A stretch of DNA of 64,000 nt from positions 2,521 through 66,520 of the forward strand of contig JACAAW010000004.1 in the NCBI GenBank assembly GCA_013377115.1, in the 5' to 3' direction. The notes beneath the pieces were generated by a model that searched no databases, was not told where the DNA came from, and was given only the letters and a program-made list of their open reading frames with translations. The position numbers and the translations under genes were made by a program. The DNA comes from Bacteroidota bacterium. Its GTDB lineage: Bacteria; Bacteroidota; Bacteroidia; Bacteroidales; CG2-30-32-10. Within the stretch, counting starts at the first letter, position 1; each line of letters opens with the position of its first letter. Of this stretch, positions 1 to 8,277 are shown piece by piece.

Positions 1-144
1 TATACTGAAATATGGTCAACTACTCAGTGTGAATACGATGATAATTTAGTTTGGTGCAGATATATGACATTTAGTTTGCCCCATTTAAATCGCTTTACAT
101 ATAAAAAACGATACGGGCTTTCTGTACGATGCATAAAAGATTAA
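1..144 (+). CDS. 3' end of a FISUMP (Fibrobacter succinogenes major paralogous domain) protein, partial
   Basis: Frame 1 reads YTEIWSTTQ...VWCRYM...KKRYGLSVRCIKD*, matching the W-S-S/T...G(F/L)SVRC(I/V)KD end of this family; runs off the left edge. Confidence 0.75.
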   Translation, partial: YTEIWSTTQCEYDDNLVWCRYMTFSLPHLNRFTYKKRYGLSVRCIKD

Positions 145-159
145 TTCAAAAAATGAACT

Positions 160-194
160 AAAAAGAGCTATCCCAATAATAGCTCTTTTTTTTT
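160..194 (+). terminator. Intrinsic terminator after FISUMP gene
   Basis: AAAAAGAGCTAT-cccaata-ATAGCTCTTTTT stem-loop followed by a T run. Confidence 0.8.
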
Positions 195-335
195 GCAAAA
201 AAATTTGTATTTAATAAATATTAATTAATATATTTATGGATTAAAGAAAGAATTCCTACTAACCATTGTTAATTTTTTAACGGCATTGATTATCTAAGGA
301 ATACTTAATTTGATTAACCCCCAAACGAATACAAA

Positions 336-2630
336 ATGCGAAAAAACGCTACTAATGTTATTACATTATTGACATTTATCAGTACATTTTTTATAGCTTG
401 TTTAATTTACGCAGAAAAAAATGGATTTAATTTTTGGAAAAAATCAGTAAAAAACCAAACAGAGTTAAACGCGCTACCGCATGGCACTTGCAATTCCTGC
501 CATATTAATCACACTGCTCCAGGAGGAGAACTAACCTCTGTTAATGGAAATGCTAATCTCTGTATTAGTTGTCATAACGCAGCCGGATCTGCAAGTACTT
601 TACCTTTTGCAAATGTTGATAAAGCAATTCCTGGAATTAGCGGCAATTCTCATAGTTGGGATAAAATTGGAGTAAACGCAATTTTCGAAACAAATACCCC
701 ATCTAATTCTGATATGTCTTCAAGAATGCCTGGCGGAAACATTATTTGTTCAACCTGCCATAACCAGCATTTACAAGACTTCCCTCCTTTCCTTCGTGCT
801 TCAAATTCAGGAGATGCGTTATGCAAAGAATGTCACTCCGCCAGAGATGTTGGAAATTATTTAACCAACACAACATCAAATAAAGGAAGTCATCCAGTTG
901 GCATCACCTATAACAATACTGATTCTAGATTTTTAATTTCACCTTTATCGCCAATGACATTGGTTAACTCAAAAATCGAATGTTCAAGTTGCCATAGTGT
1001 TCATTATGCAGCAACTAATGACGGAAATTTATTAAGAGCAACCAACAACGATGCCTTATGTGCTAATTGTCATACTTATGGAATGCATCATGGAATGTCG
1101 TGTTCTGCTTGTCATCAGACACACAATCCAAATAAAACAAATATTTTCATGGTTAAAGATAGTATACAGACACCATCAAGTGGAAAAGTTGCTGTTATTT
1201 TATCTTCTGAAACCGGTTCAAATTCTTATGCTGATGGAGATGCAAACTACAATGGAATATGCGAAGCTTGTCATACAACCACCGCTTATCATAGAAATGG
1301 AAGTTCTGGGAATCACTCACACAATACTGGAGCGAATTGCATTGGTTGTCATCCGCATAAAGATGCTTTTAGCGCTGGTGATTGTATTACTTGCCACGCA
1401 TTAGCTCAAGATAATGGAGATGGGATTCCAGTTGGAGGAAGAAGAGCAATAATTGGAGAATTTCCTGCCAGTAATGCCCACGCTCATTATGGTGCAGCGA
1501 TAAACGCGCAATCTTGCCAAGTTTGTCATGATATGTCTACCCACAAAAGTGGAATTGTCAAACTAATTGATGCAGATAATAGTTCAATCTATCAGTTTGT
1601 AAAACCTGAAAATTTAACTACTGATCCTGATGTTTCAAATTTCTGTATGAGTTGTCATGATGCAAATGGAGCAACGAGGTTAGCGACACCTTTAGATCCA
1701 TTTGGTAATGGAAATATTGCTCCAGATGTGAAATTAAAATTTCAAGGAACTTTACAATGGAATGAATGGTACGGCGATTTCTGTTTTGGAGATGAAGGCA
1801 CATTAAGAGCGGTAAATAGTCATCATGACATAAGCAATGCAGATCAAACATTTAGTGGTGCAAAAATTGAATGTTTAAATTGTCATGGTGCTCATATTTC
1901 ATCAGCAACATCAAAAATTGCAAATCCAAATAGCACCAATTCTGTTTGGGCTGGCACTTATAATGATTTCTGCTTAACATGTCACAGTGGAGGAACGGGA
2001 CCAACCACCCCTGGATTTCCTACTGGTGTAACAGGTCCAACGATTGCATTAAGAGGTTTAGAATCTTGTGGATATACTGCAGCACCTTGGTATGTTGACT
2101 ATATTTGGTCAAATAGTGCACATGGGTTAAATTCAAAACGACCTTGGACTGGATATTCTGGTGCGCCATCTTATAATATGTCATGCAAAGATTGCCACGA
2201 CCCTCATGGTTCTTACACTCCAACAAATACTGCTGGAAACCCATATATGATAAAAGATTATGTTGATGGCAGTTTGTTCGTGGATGACGGCGATCGTAAT
2301 ACTGGGCCATGGACAGGTCCGCCATGGACCACCTTTGGATTAAGCAGAGCTGTAAAAATCACTATTTCAGGAACAGATGTTAATTGGGGATCTCCGACAG
2401 GATTATGCAGTGTTTGTCATCCAAATTGGGAAAATGCATATGACTGGCACTCCTATTGTGGTGCATGTCAAACTTGCCATGGACATGGCCAAGCTTTTGG
2501 TGAAAATGACTGGGGTGGTGGTGGAAATTCCATACCTTGCGGTGGAAAAAGCACCCAATTAAAAATAATTGAATTAAGTAAGGAAAAAAGCAAAGTCAAA
2601 TTACATTCAAAATCTCTAGAAAAGAAATAA
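336..2630 (+). CDS. Large multiheme cytochrome c, 17 CxxCH motifs
   Basis: 17 CxxCH counted, many as CxxCHxxH...LCxxCH pairs; N-terminal signal/TM segment; Lys-rich C-terminal tail. Confidence 0.93.
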   Translation: MRKNATNVITLLTFISTFFIACLIYAEKNGFNFWKKSVKNQTELNALPHGTCNSCHINHTAPGGELTSVNGNANLCISCHNAAGSASTLPFANVDKAIPGISGNSHSWDKIGVNAIFETNTPSNSDMSSRMPGGNIICSTCHNQHLQDFPPFLRASNSGDALCKECHSARDVGNYLTNTTSNKGSHPVGITYNNTDSRFLISPLSPMTLVNSKIECSSCHSVHYAATNDGNLLRATNNDALCANCHTYGMHHGMSCSACHQTHNPNKTNIFMVKDSIQTPSSGKVAVILSSETGSNSYADGDANYNGICEACHTTTAYHRNGSSGNHSHNTGANCIGCHPHKDAFSAGDCITCHALAQDNGDGIPVGGRRAIIGEFPASNAHAHYGAAINAQSCQVCHDMSTHKSGIVKLIDADNSSIYQFVKPENLTTDPDVSNFCMSCHDANGATRLATPLDPFGNGNIAPDVKLKFQGTLQWNEWYGDFCFGDEGTLRAVNSHHDISNADQTFSGAKIECLNCHGAHISSATSKIANPNSTNSVWAGTYNDFCLTCHSGGTGPTTPGFPTGVTGPTIALRGLESCGYTAAPWYVDYIWSNSAHGLNSKRPWTGYSGAPSYNMSCKDCHDPHGSYTPTNTAGNPYMIKDYVDGSLFVDDGDRNTGPWTGPPWTTFGLSRAVKITISGTDVNWGSPTGLCSVCHPNWENAYDWHSYCGACQTCHGHGQAFGENDWGGGGNSIPCGGKSTQLKIIELSKEKSKVKLHSKSLEKK

Positions 2631-2688
2631 TTTTTATTTTTCCTAGCAATCTAATAGCACAATTTGGAAATTTTATTCTAAAATATAA

Positions 2689-2696
2689 TAATTTTG
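2689..2696 (+). promoter_or_regulatory. Candidate Bacteroidota -7 promoter box
   Basis: TAATTTTG matches TAnnTTTG; TTTG at 2663-2666 upstream. Confidence 0.4.
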
Positions 2697-2814
2697 GTGA
2701 AAAATTATTGTATTTTAGAATATTGTTATTATTTTTACAGGCTAAATTGAGCAAATATTTTAATTCAACATTAGAATTTGTTAAATAATTAACACCCTAT
2801 TGGGATACTATATA

Positions 2815-3867
2815 ATGAAATCGCTTTTCTCACGTAATATATATGCAATAAATTTGATAGTAATTGCTATTATGCAATTACAAAATATTGCTTATGCTCA
2901 AAATGATTTAGGCAAAGACAATTTTCAAAATGGTGATATTAATTATGTCAAATATATTAACCAATTCCCATCTATAGATAAAGGAAAATCTTCAAATTTT
3001 TTCGAAAAAGTTACTGATTTTATAATTGGAGAAAAAGAAACTCCATTATTAATCAAGCCTATGTCAGTAATTGCAATAAACCCTGATTCTTTTCAAATAT
3101 TAGATCAAGGAAATGGATTGGTATTTCAAATACAAAATCAAGAAAGTGAAATTCCAAAGTTTTTTAAAAAACGAAAAGACAAATTAACTTCATTGGTTGG
3201 TATTTGCGAGAACTCAACAAAAGATGTGTTAATAACCGATTCTAAACTCAATAAAATTTTCAAAATTAGTGCTGATAAAAAATCGATTACTATTCTTAAT
3301 GATTCATTAAAACTAAATCAACCTACAGGAATTTCTTTTTCAAATACAACAAAGGAAATTTGGGTAGTTGAAACTGGGGCACACCAGATTTCAATTTTAG
3401 ATGAAAATGGTAACTTGAAGAAAACTATTGGTAAACGAGGAACCCAAAATAGTGAATTTAATTTTCCAACTTATTTAAGTTTTGACAAAAAAGGAAATGC
3501 CTATGTTGTTGATGCCATGAATTTTAGAATTCAAATTTTTGACAAATCGGGTAATTTTGTTTCCACATTTGGAGAAATCGGTGATGCTACTGGCTATTTT
3601 TCAAGACCAAAAGGAATTGCAATCGATTCGACTGGAAACATCTACATTGTTGATGCTCTGTTTAATACAGTGCAAATTTTTGACAATACTGGAGCCTTTT
3701 TATATCAATTTGGCAAACAAGGTCAGAATAAAGAAGAATTTTGGATGCCAACAGGCATTTTTATTGATAAAAAAGATTATATATATGTGGCAGATAGTTA
3801 TAATGCCAGAGTTCAAATATTTCAACATGTTTATGAAAAAGGAAATGAAAAAAGCATTAAAAATTAG
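2815..3867 (+). CDS. NHL-repeat beta-propeller protein (secreted)
   Basis: Repeated F..P.GI..D..GN.YVVD...RIQIFD units; signal peptide from ATG 2815 (track start is TTG 2800). Confidence 0.9.
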   Translation: MKSLFSRNIYAINLIVIAIMQLQNIAYAQNDLGKDNFQNGDINYVKYINQFPSIDKGKSSNFFEKVTDFIIGEKETPLLIKPMSVIAINPDSFQILDQGNGLVFQIQNQESEIPKFFKKRKDKLTSLVGICENSTKDVLITDSKLNKIFKISADKKSITILNDSLKLNQPTGISFSNTTKEIWVVETGAHQISILDENGNLKKTIGKRGTQNSEFNFPTYLSFDKKGNAYVVDAMNFRIQIFDKSGNFVSTFGEIGDATGYFSRPKGIAIDSTGNIYIVDALFNTVQIFDNTGAFLYQFGKQGQNKEEFWMPTGIFIDKKDYIYVADSYNARVQIFQHVYEKGNEKSIKN

Positions 3868-5545
3868 TATTGGTATTTTATTGGTAAGTGTATCATTTTT
3901 CAGTAATTCACAATCAATAGTTACAACAAAGCACAATTTATCAGTTTCAGGGACTGGTAGCGTTAAAGCTGTAACAGAATCTGAAATTTGCAAGTTTTGT
4001 CATACACCTCATATGGGTAGTCCGGCAGCACCATTATGGAATAGAACAATATCTGGAGCATCTTATACTTTATACAACAGTTCCACGATGAATGCTATTC
4101 CTGGTCAGCCTGACGGATCTTCAATATTATGTTTGTCATGCCATGATGGAACTATTGCTTTGGGAAGCATTATGAGTTCAGTTACTCCGATTGCAATGAC
4201 TGGTACAATGCAAAGAGGAAATCTGACAACAGATTTATCAAATGACCATCCGATTTCCTTTGTTTATAATGCATCTTTGGCTAGTACTGACGGACAATTA
4301 AAAACTCCTCCATTATCAACAATTCCACTTGACAATAATTCAAGAGTTCAGTGCACATCTTGCCACGATTCACACAAAAATTTATACACAAAGTTTTTAA
4401 GAGCTAGTAATGAATCTTCAGCTTTTTGTTTTTTATGTCATGATAGAACATATTGGGCTTCATCGACTCACAGCTCCTCAACAAGTACATGGAACGGAAC
4501 TGGAACAAATCCTTGGGGACACATGGAATTTCCATATTCAAACGTTTCAAAAAATGCTTGTGAAAATTGCCATGCACCTCACAATGCACAAGGAAAAAAT
4601 CGATTGTTAAAATCCATTACAGAAGAAGGCAATTGTTTGGATTGTCACAATGGCAATGTAGCAGCTTCAACCAAAAACTTGGTGAATCAATTTGCAAAAA
4701 CCTACAAGCATAATGTTGCAGGTTATATTAATATTCACGATCCAAATGAATCAAATTCAGTAACAACCCAACATGTTGAATGTGTTGATTGCCACAACGC
4801 ACATGCCTCAAATGCCACTACGGCGTCAGCTCCAAATATTAATGGATCAATGATTGGTGTTAAAGGAATTAATCAATCAGGAGTTGCCATTACATCAGCA
4901 AACTATGAATATGAAATTTGTTATAAATGCCATGCAGGAAACACCTGGTCTCCAGCATCAGCGACTTCAAGAGTTATTTCTCAAAACAATGTACGTCTTG
5001 AATTCGCAACAACGAATCCTTCTGGACACCCAGTTGCAGGTGCAAGAAACATCAGTGAAATAACGACCAATTTAATATCTCCAAATACTGCATCTACTGT
5101 GATTTACTGTACAGCATGTCATGCAAGCGATGGAGCTAGCTCTCCAGCAGGCCCTCATGGATCAATCTACCCTCAAATATTAAAATTACAATACTTGAAA
5201 AATGATGGTGCATCCTCAGCAAATGGGACAACAGAGTCGGCATCAGCGTATGCCCTTTGTTACAGCTGTCATAATAGAGCCAATATTATTAATAATGTTA
5301 GCACCTTCCCTGAACATAAATTACATATTGTAGATCAAAGAACTCCCTGCAATACTTGTCATGATCCTCATGGGATTAGCAGTACTCAGGGAACCTCTGC
5401 TAACAATTCAAACCTTATCAACTTCAGATCAGGTGTTGTAACGCCTGCAGGAACCTTATTAAGGTTTGTGGATACTGGAGTTAGACATGGTTATTGTCAA
5501 TTGGTTTGTCATGGTCAAACTCATGCTGCAAGTATGTTCTATTAA
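3845..5545 (+). CDS. Multiheme cytochrome c (11 CxxCH + 1 CX3CH) with N-terminal OmcE-like tetraheme domain
   Basis: Start reassigned to ATG 3845 (MKKALKISIGILLV, signal peptide); 11 CxxCH plus terminal CQLVCH; first ~200 aa colinear with 5904-6536. Confidence 0.92.
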   Translation: MKKALKISIGILLVSVSFFSNSQSIVTTKHNLSVSGTGSVKAVTESEICKFCHTPHMGSPAAPLWNRTISGASYTLYNSSTMNAIPGQPDGSSILCLSCHDGTIALGSIMSSVTPIAMTGTMQRGNLTTDLSNDHPISFVYNASLASTDGQLKTPPLSTIPLDNNSRVQCTSCHDSHKNLYTKFLRASNESSAFCFLCHDRTYWASSTHSSSTSTWNGTGTNPWGHMEFPYSNVSKNACENCHAPHNAQGKNRLLKSITEEGNCLDCHNGNVAASTKNLVNQFAKTYKHNVAGYINIHDPNESNSVTTQHVECVDCHNAHASNATTASAPNINGSMIGVKGINQSGVAITSANYEYEICYKCHAGNTWSPASATSRVISQNNVRLEFATTNPSGHPVAGARNISEITTNLISPNTASTVIYCTACHASDGASSPAGPHGSIYPQILKLQYLKNDGASSANGTTESASAYALCYSCHNRANIINNVSTFPEHKLHIVDQRTPCNTCHDPHGISSTQGTSANNSNLINFRSGVVTPAGTLLRFVDTGVRHGYCQLVCHGQTHAASMFY

Positions 5546-5751
5546 TAAAAATTTCATCAAGTAATTAGCGCAAAATCAATTATGATAGCTAGTAAAAATC
5601 TATGCAAATTTTTGTTTTTTGCCAAAAAATACTAAAAAAATAATAAAGCTATAAAAAAACATATTTTCAAAATATCAGATTATAAATTTAAAAATCTAAT
5701 ATTCAACAATTTACACATTCTATTTATACATATTATAAATACGCATATTTG

Positions 5752-5782
5752 TTTGTTTTTTTAGAAAAGTGTTTTATTTTTG
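5752..5782 (+). promoter_or_regulatory. Bacteroidota housekeeping promoter for the OmcE-like gene
   Basis: TTTG (5752-5755), 19-nt spacer, TATTTTTG (5775-5782) fits the -33/-7 consensus. Confidence 0.6.
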
Positions 5783-5903
5783 GACTTTAATTATATAGGA
5801 TAAATTGCAAATAAGAAATACTATCAATAAATGTTAAAATTTTAACAATCTAAATAAAAACAATTAATTAAATAATTATTATCAACCAAAAAAAAGAAAC
5901 AAA

Positions 5904-6536
5904 ATGAAACTAAAAAATTTATTTTTTGCAGTAACGCTTGTATTAGCTTTTACTCAAATGAGCTTTGCTCAAACTATTGTGGGTTCTGCTCATGATTTTT
6001 CTTCTCAAGCTTGGAATACTACTGGAGAAATTTGTATCGTATGTCATACTCCTCATGGTGCCATCACAACTGTTAGTAATGCTCCTTTATGGAATCACCA
6101 AGTAACTGCAACAGCTGCATTTACTCTTTATTCAGGATCAACCTTTAATGGTGCATCCACAATTACTCAACCAGATGCTAGCTCAAAATTATGTTTAAGC
6201 TGTCATGATGGTACTGTTGCTCTTCAAAACTTCAGCGGTACAACAGGTGCTGGTACTACAATTAGTTCTTTCTATAATGTTGGAACTAACTTAGCAAACG
6301 ATCACCCAATTTCTTTTGATTACAATGCAGCTTTAGTAGCAGCTGACGGTGGTGGATTAAAAGATCCAACAACTGCTTTAGGTATTGGAACTCAAACTAT
6401 TCAAAACTCTATGTTATTTTCTAACAAAATGCAATGTGCTTCTTGTCACGATGTTCACAACAGTGCAGGTATTGCTTTCTTATTATTAAAATCTAATGCT
6501 GCAAGTGCACTTTGTTTAACTTGCCATAATAAATAA
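5904..6536 (+). CDS. Tetraheme cytochrome c, OmcE-like (candidate nanowire subunit)
   Basis: Signal peptide; 4 CxxCH; motifs AHDFS, ICIVCHTPH, PLWN, FTLY, CLSCHDG, LANDHP, CASCHDVH, LCLTCHNK follow Geobacter OmcE in order and spacing as I recall it. Confidence 0.85.
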   Translation: MKLKNLFFAVTLVLAFTQMSFAQTIVGSAHDFSSQAWNTTGEICIVCHTPHGAITTVSNAPLWNHQVTATAAFTLYSGSTFNGASTITQPDASSKLCLSCHDGTVALQNFSGTTGAGTTISSFYNVGTNLANDHPISFDYNAALVAADGGGLKDPTTALGIGTQTIQNSMLFSNKMQCASCHDVHNSAGIAFLLLKSNAASALCLTCHNK

Positions 6537-6563
6537 TCAAATATTTTTTTATATTTGTATGCT

Positions 6564-6594
6564 AAAAAAAGGGCGAGAATTTTTCGCCCTTTTT
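6564..6594 (+). terminator. Terminator/stabilising hairpin after the OmcE-like gene
   Basis: AAAAAGGGCGA-gaatttt-TCGCCCTTTTT. Confidence 0.75.
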
Positions 6595-6616
6595 AAATAA
6601 ATTTTGAAAAAATAAA

Positions 6617-7690
6617 ATGATGAATAAACTATATTATAATTTTCTTTTTATCGGAATTGCTTTAATTCTAACTTTCTCATCTTGTAATAAAAACGGTGTT
6701 CCGAAAAAAACAACAGATATTGTTATTTATCCTACCCCACCTGATACAGCTAGAATCCAATACCTAACTAGTATCAGTGATTCAAAAAATATTACTGGAA
6801 GACGAAATGCTTTTCTTAGATTTGTTTTAGGCGATTTTCAACCATATCCGTTGGTAAAACCATACGGAATTGCTGTTAAGAAAGGTAAAATATACATTTG
6901 TGATACTGGGTCCAATGGAATTACCATTATTGATTTAGCTAAAAAATCTTTAATCCCATTTTTCCCAAAAGGGAAAGGTCAATTAAAAGCCCCAATAAAT
7001 TGTTTCGTTGATGACAACGAGTATTTGTACGTTGCTGATGGCGAAAGACGTCAGGTTGTTGTTTTTGACAAAAAAGGTGAATATGTAAACGCATTTGGAG
7101 AAACAGAAAATTTTAAACCTACAGATGTTTTTGTAGTTAATGATAAAGTTTATGTTGTTAATTCCAAAAATAACAGAATAAATATTTATAAAAAAGGAAC
7201 TTTTGAATTACTATCTTTTTTCCCTGAGTCTGGACAAGGTAGTGAGGATTTTTTATATACTCCAGTTAATATTTATGTGAGCCCTGATAAAGTTTACGTA
7301 AGTGACATGGGAGACTTTAAAATAAAGAAATATACTCTTGAAGGAAAATATATTAACTCTGTTGGGAGTTATGGAAAAAATTTAGGCCAATTTGTTCGTC
7401 CAAAAGGAATTGCAGTTGATAAAGAAGAAAATCTTTTTGTTGTTGATGCAGGTTTTGAAAATACACAAATATTTGATAAACAAGATCGTTTATTAATGTA
7501 TTTTGGAGGTCCTTACAAAGCTCCTGGAGATATGTGGCTGCCAGCCAAAATTACACTTGACTATGAGAATCTTCAATATTTTCAAAAATATGTAGATCCA
7601 AGTTTTGAGCTAAAATATTTAATTTTCGTAACAAATCAATATGGTCCGGATAAAATTAGTGTATACGGAGCTGTTGGTCCAAAAAAATAA
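6617..7690 (+). CDS. NHL-repeat beta-propeller lipoprotein
   Basis: Lipobox LTFSS-C; NHL repeats (PYGIAV, PKGIAVDKEENLFVVD). Confidence 0.9.
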   Translation: MMNKLYYNFLFIGIALILTFSSCNKNGVPKKTTDIVIYPTPPDTARIQYLTSISDSKNITGRRNAFLRFVLGDFQPYPLVKPYGIAVKKGKIYICDTGSNGITIIDLAKKSLIPFFPKGKGQLKAPINCFVDDNEYLYVADGERRQVVVFDKKGEYVNAFGETENFKPTDVFVVNDKVYVVNSKNNRINIYKKGTFELLSFFPESGQGSEDFLYTPVNIYVSPDKVYVSDMGDFKIKKYTLEGKYINSVGSYGKNLGQFVRPKGIAVDKEENLFVVDAGFENTQIFDKQDRLLMYFGGPYKAPGDMWLPAKITLDYENLQYFQKYVDPSFELKYLIFVTNQYGPDKISVYGAVGPKK

Positions 7691-7700
7691 TTCATTTTAA

Positions 7701-8273
7701 ATGTTCAATAAAGTAAGATATCTCGTCTCCCTAATAACGATAGTAATGATTACTCTTATTATTGGGTGTTCTCCAAAAAGTAATTATAAATTACTTTCAA
7801 CAATGTTTGATGGGGTTCCGGATCCAAATAAAGTTGAATCTACCACCGGAGTAAAATCATCGGATAGTTTAAACGGCCAAAGTTTATCAAAAAAGAACAC
7901 TTCTGTGTCAAAAGTTATTCATCCACCTTATAAAGATAAAGGCTGTTCTAACTGTCATGAAAAAATAGATAATGTACCTTCCAGTAAATTAATAAAACCA
8001 CAATTAGAATTATGTTATTCTTGTCACGAAGATTTTTCTAAAAAGTTCACTTGGGTTCATGGGCCTGTTGCGGCTGGAAGTTGTACAAAATGTCATAGCC
8101 CACATGCTTCTGATTTCAAAAAATTACTATTAAAAGAAGGTCAGGCTTTATGCTTTACTTGTCATGATTCTAAAGATGTAATTAAAAATGAAGTTCACAA
8201 AGAAATTGGACAAACAAATTGTACAGAATGTCATAATCCTCATGGCGGAAGTGATAAAACTATTTTAAGATAA
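7701..8273 (+). CDS. Pentaheme cytochrome c lipoprotein (doubled-CXXCH type)
   Basis: Lipobox LIIG-C; FDGVP motif; 5 CxxCH (CSNCH, CYSCH, CTKCH, CFTCH, CTECH). Confidence 0.9.
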   Translation: MFNKVRYLVSLITIVMITLIIGCSPKSNYKLLSTMFDGVPDPNKVESTTGVKSSDSLNGQSLSKKNTSVSKVIHPPYKDKGCSNCHEKIDNVPSSKLIKPQLELCYSCHEDFSKKFTWVHGPVAAGSCTKCHSPHASDFKKLLLKEGQALCFTCHDSKDVIKNEVHKEIGQTNCTECHNPHGGSDKTILR

Positions 8274-8277
8274 CATT

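Noticed and set aside
3539-3844. N-terminal 102-aa extension of the 12-heme cytochrome given in the ORF track
   Set aside because: It overlaps the NHL gene in another frame; a clean signal peptide starts at ATG 3845
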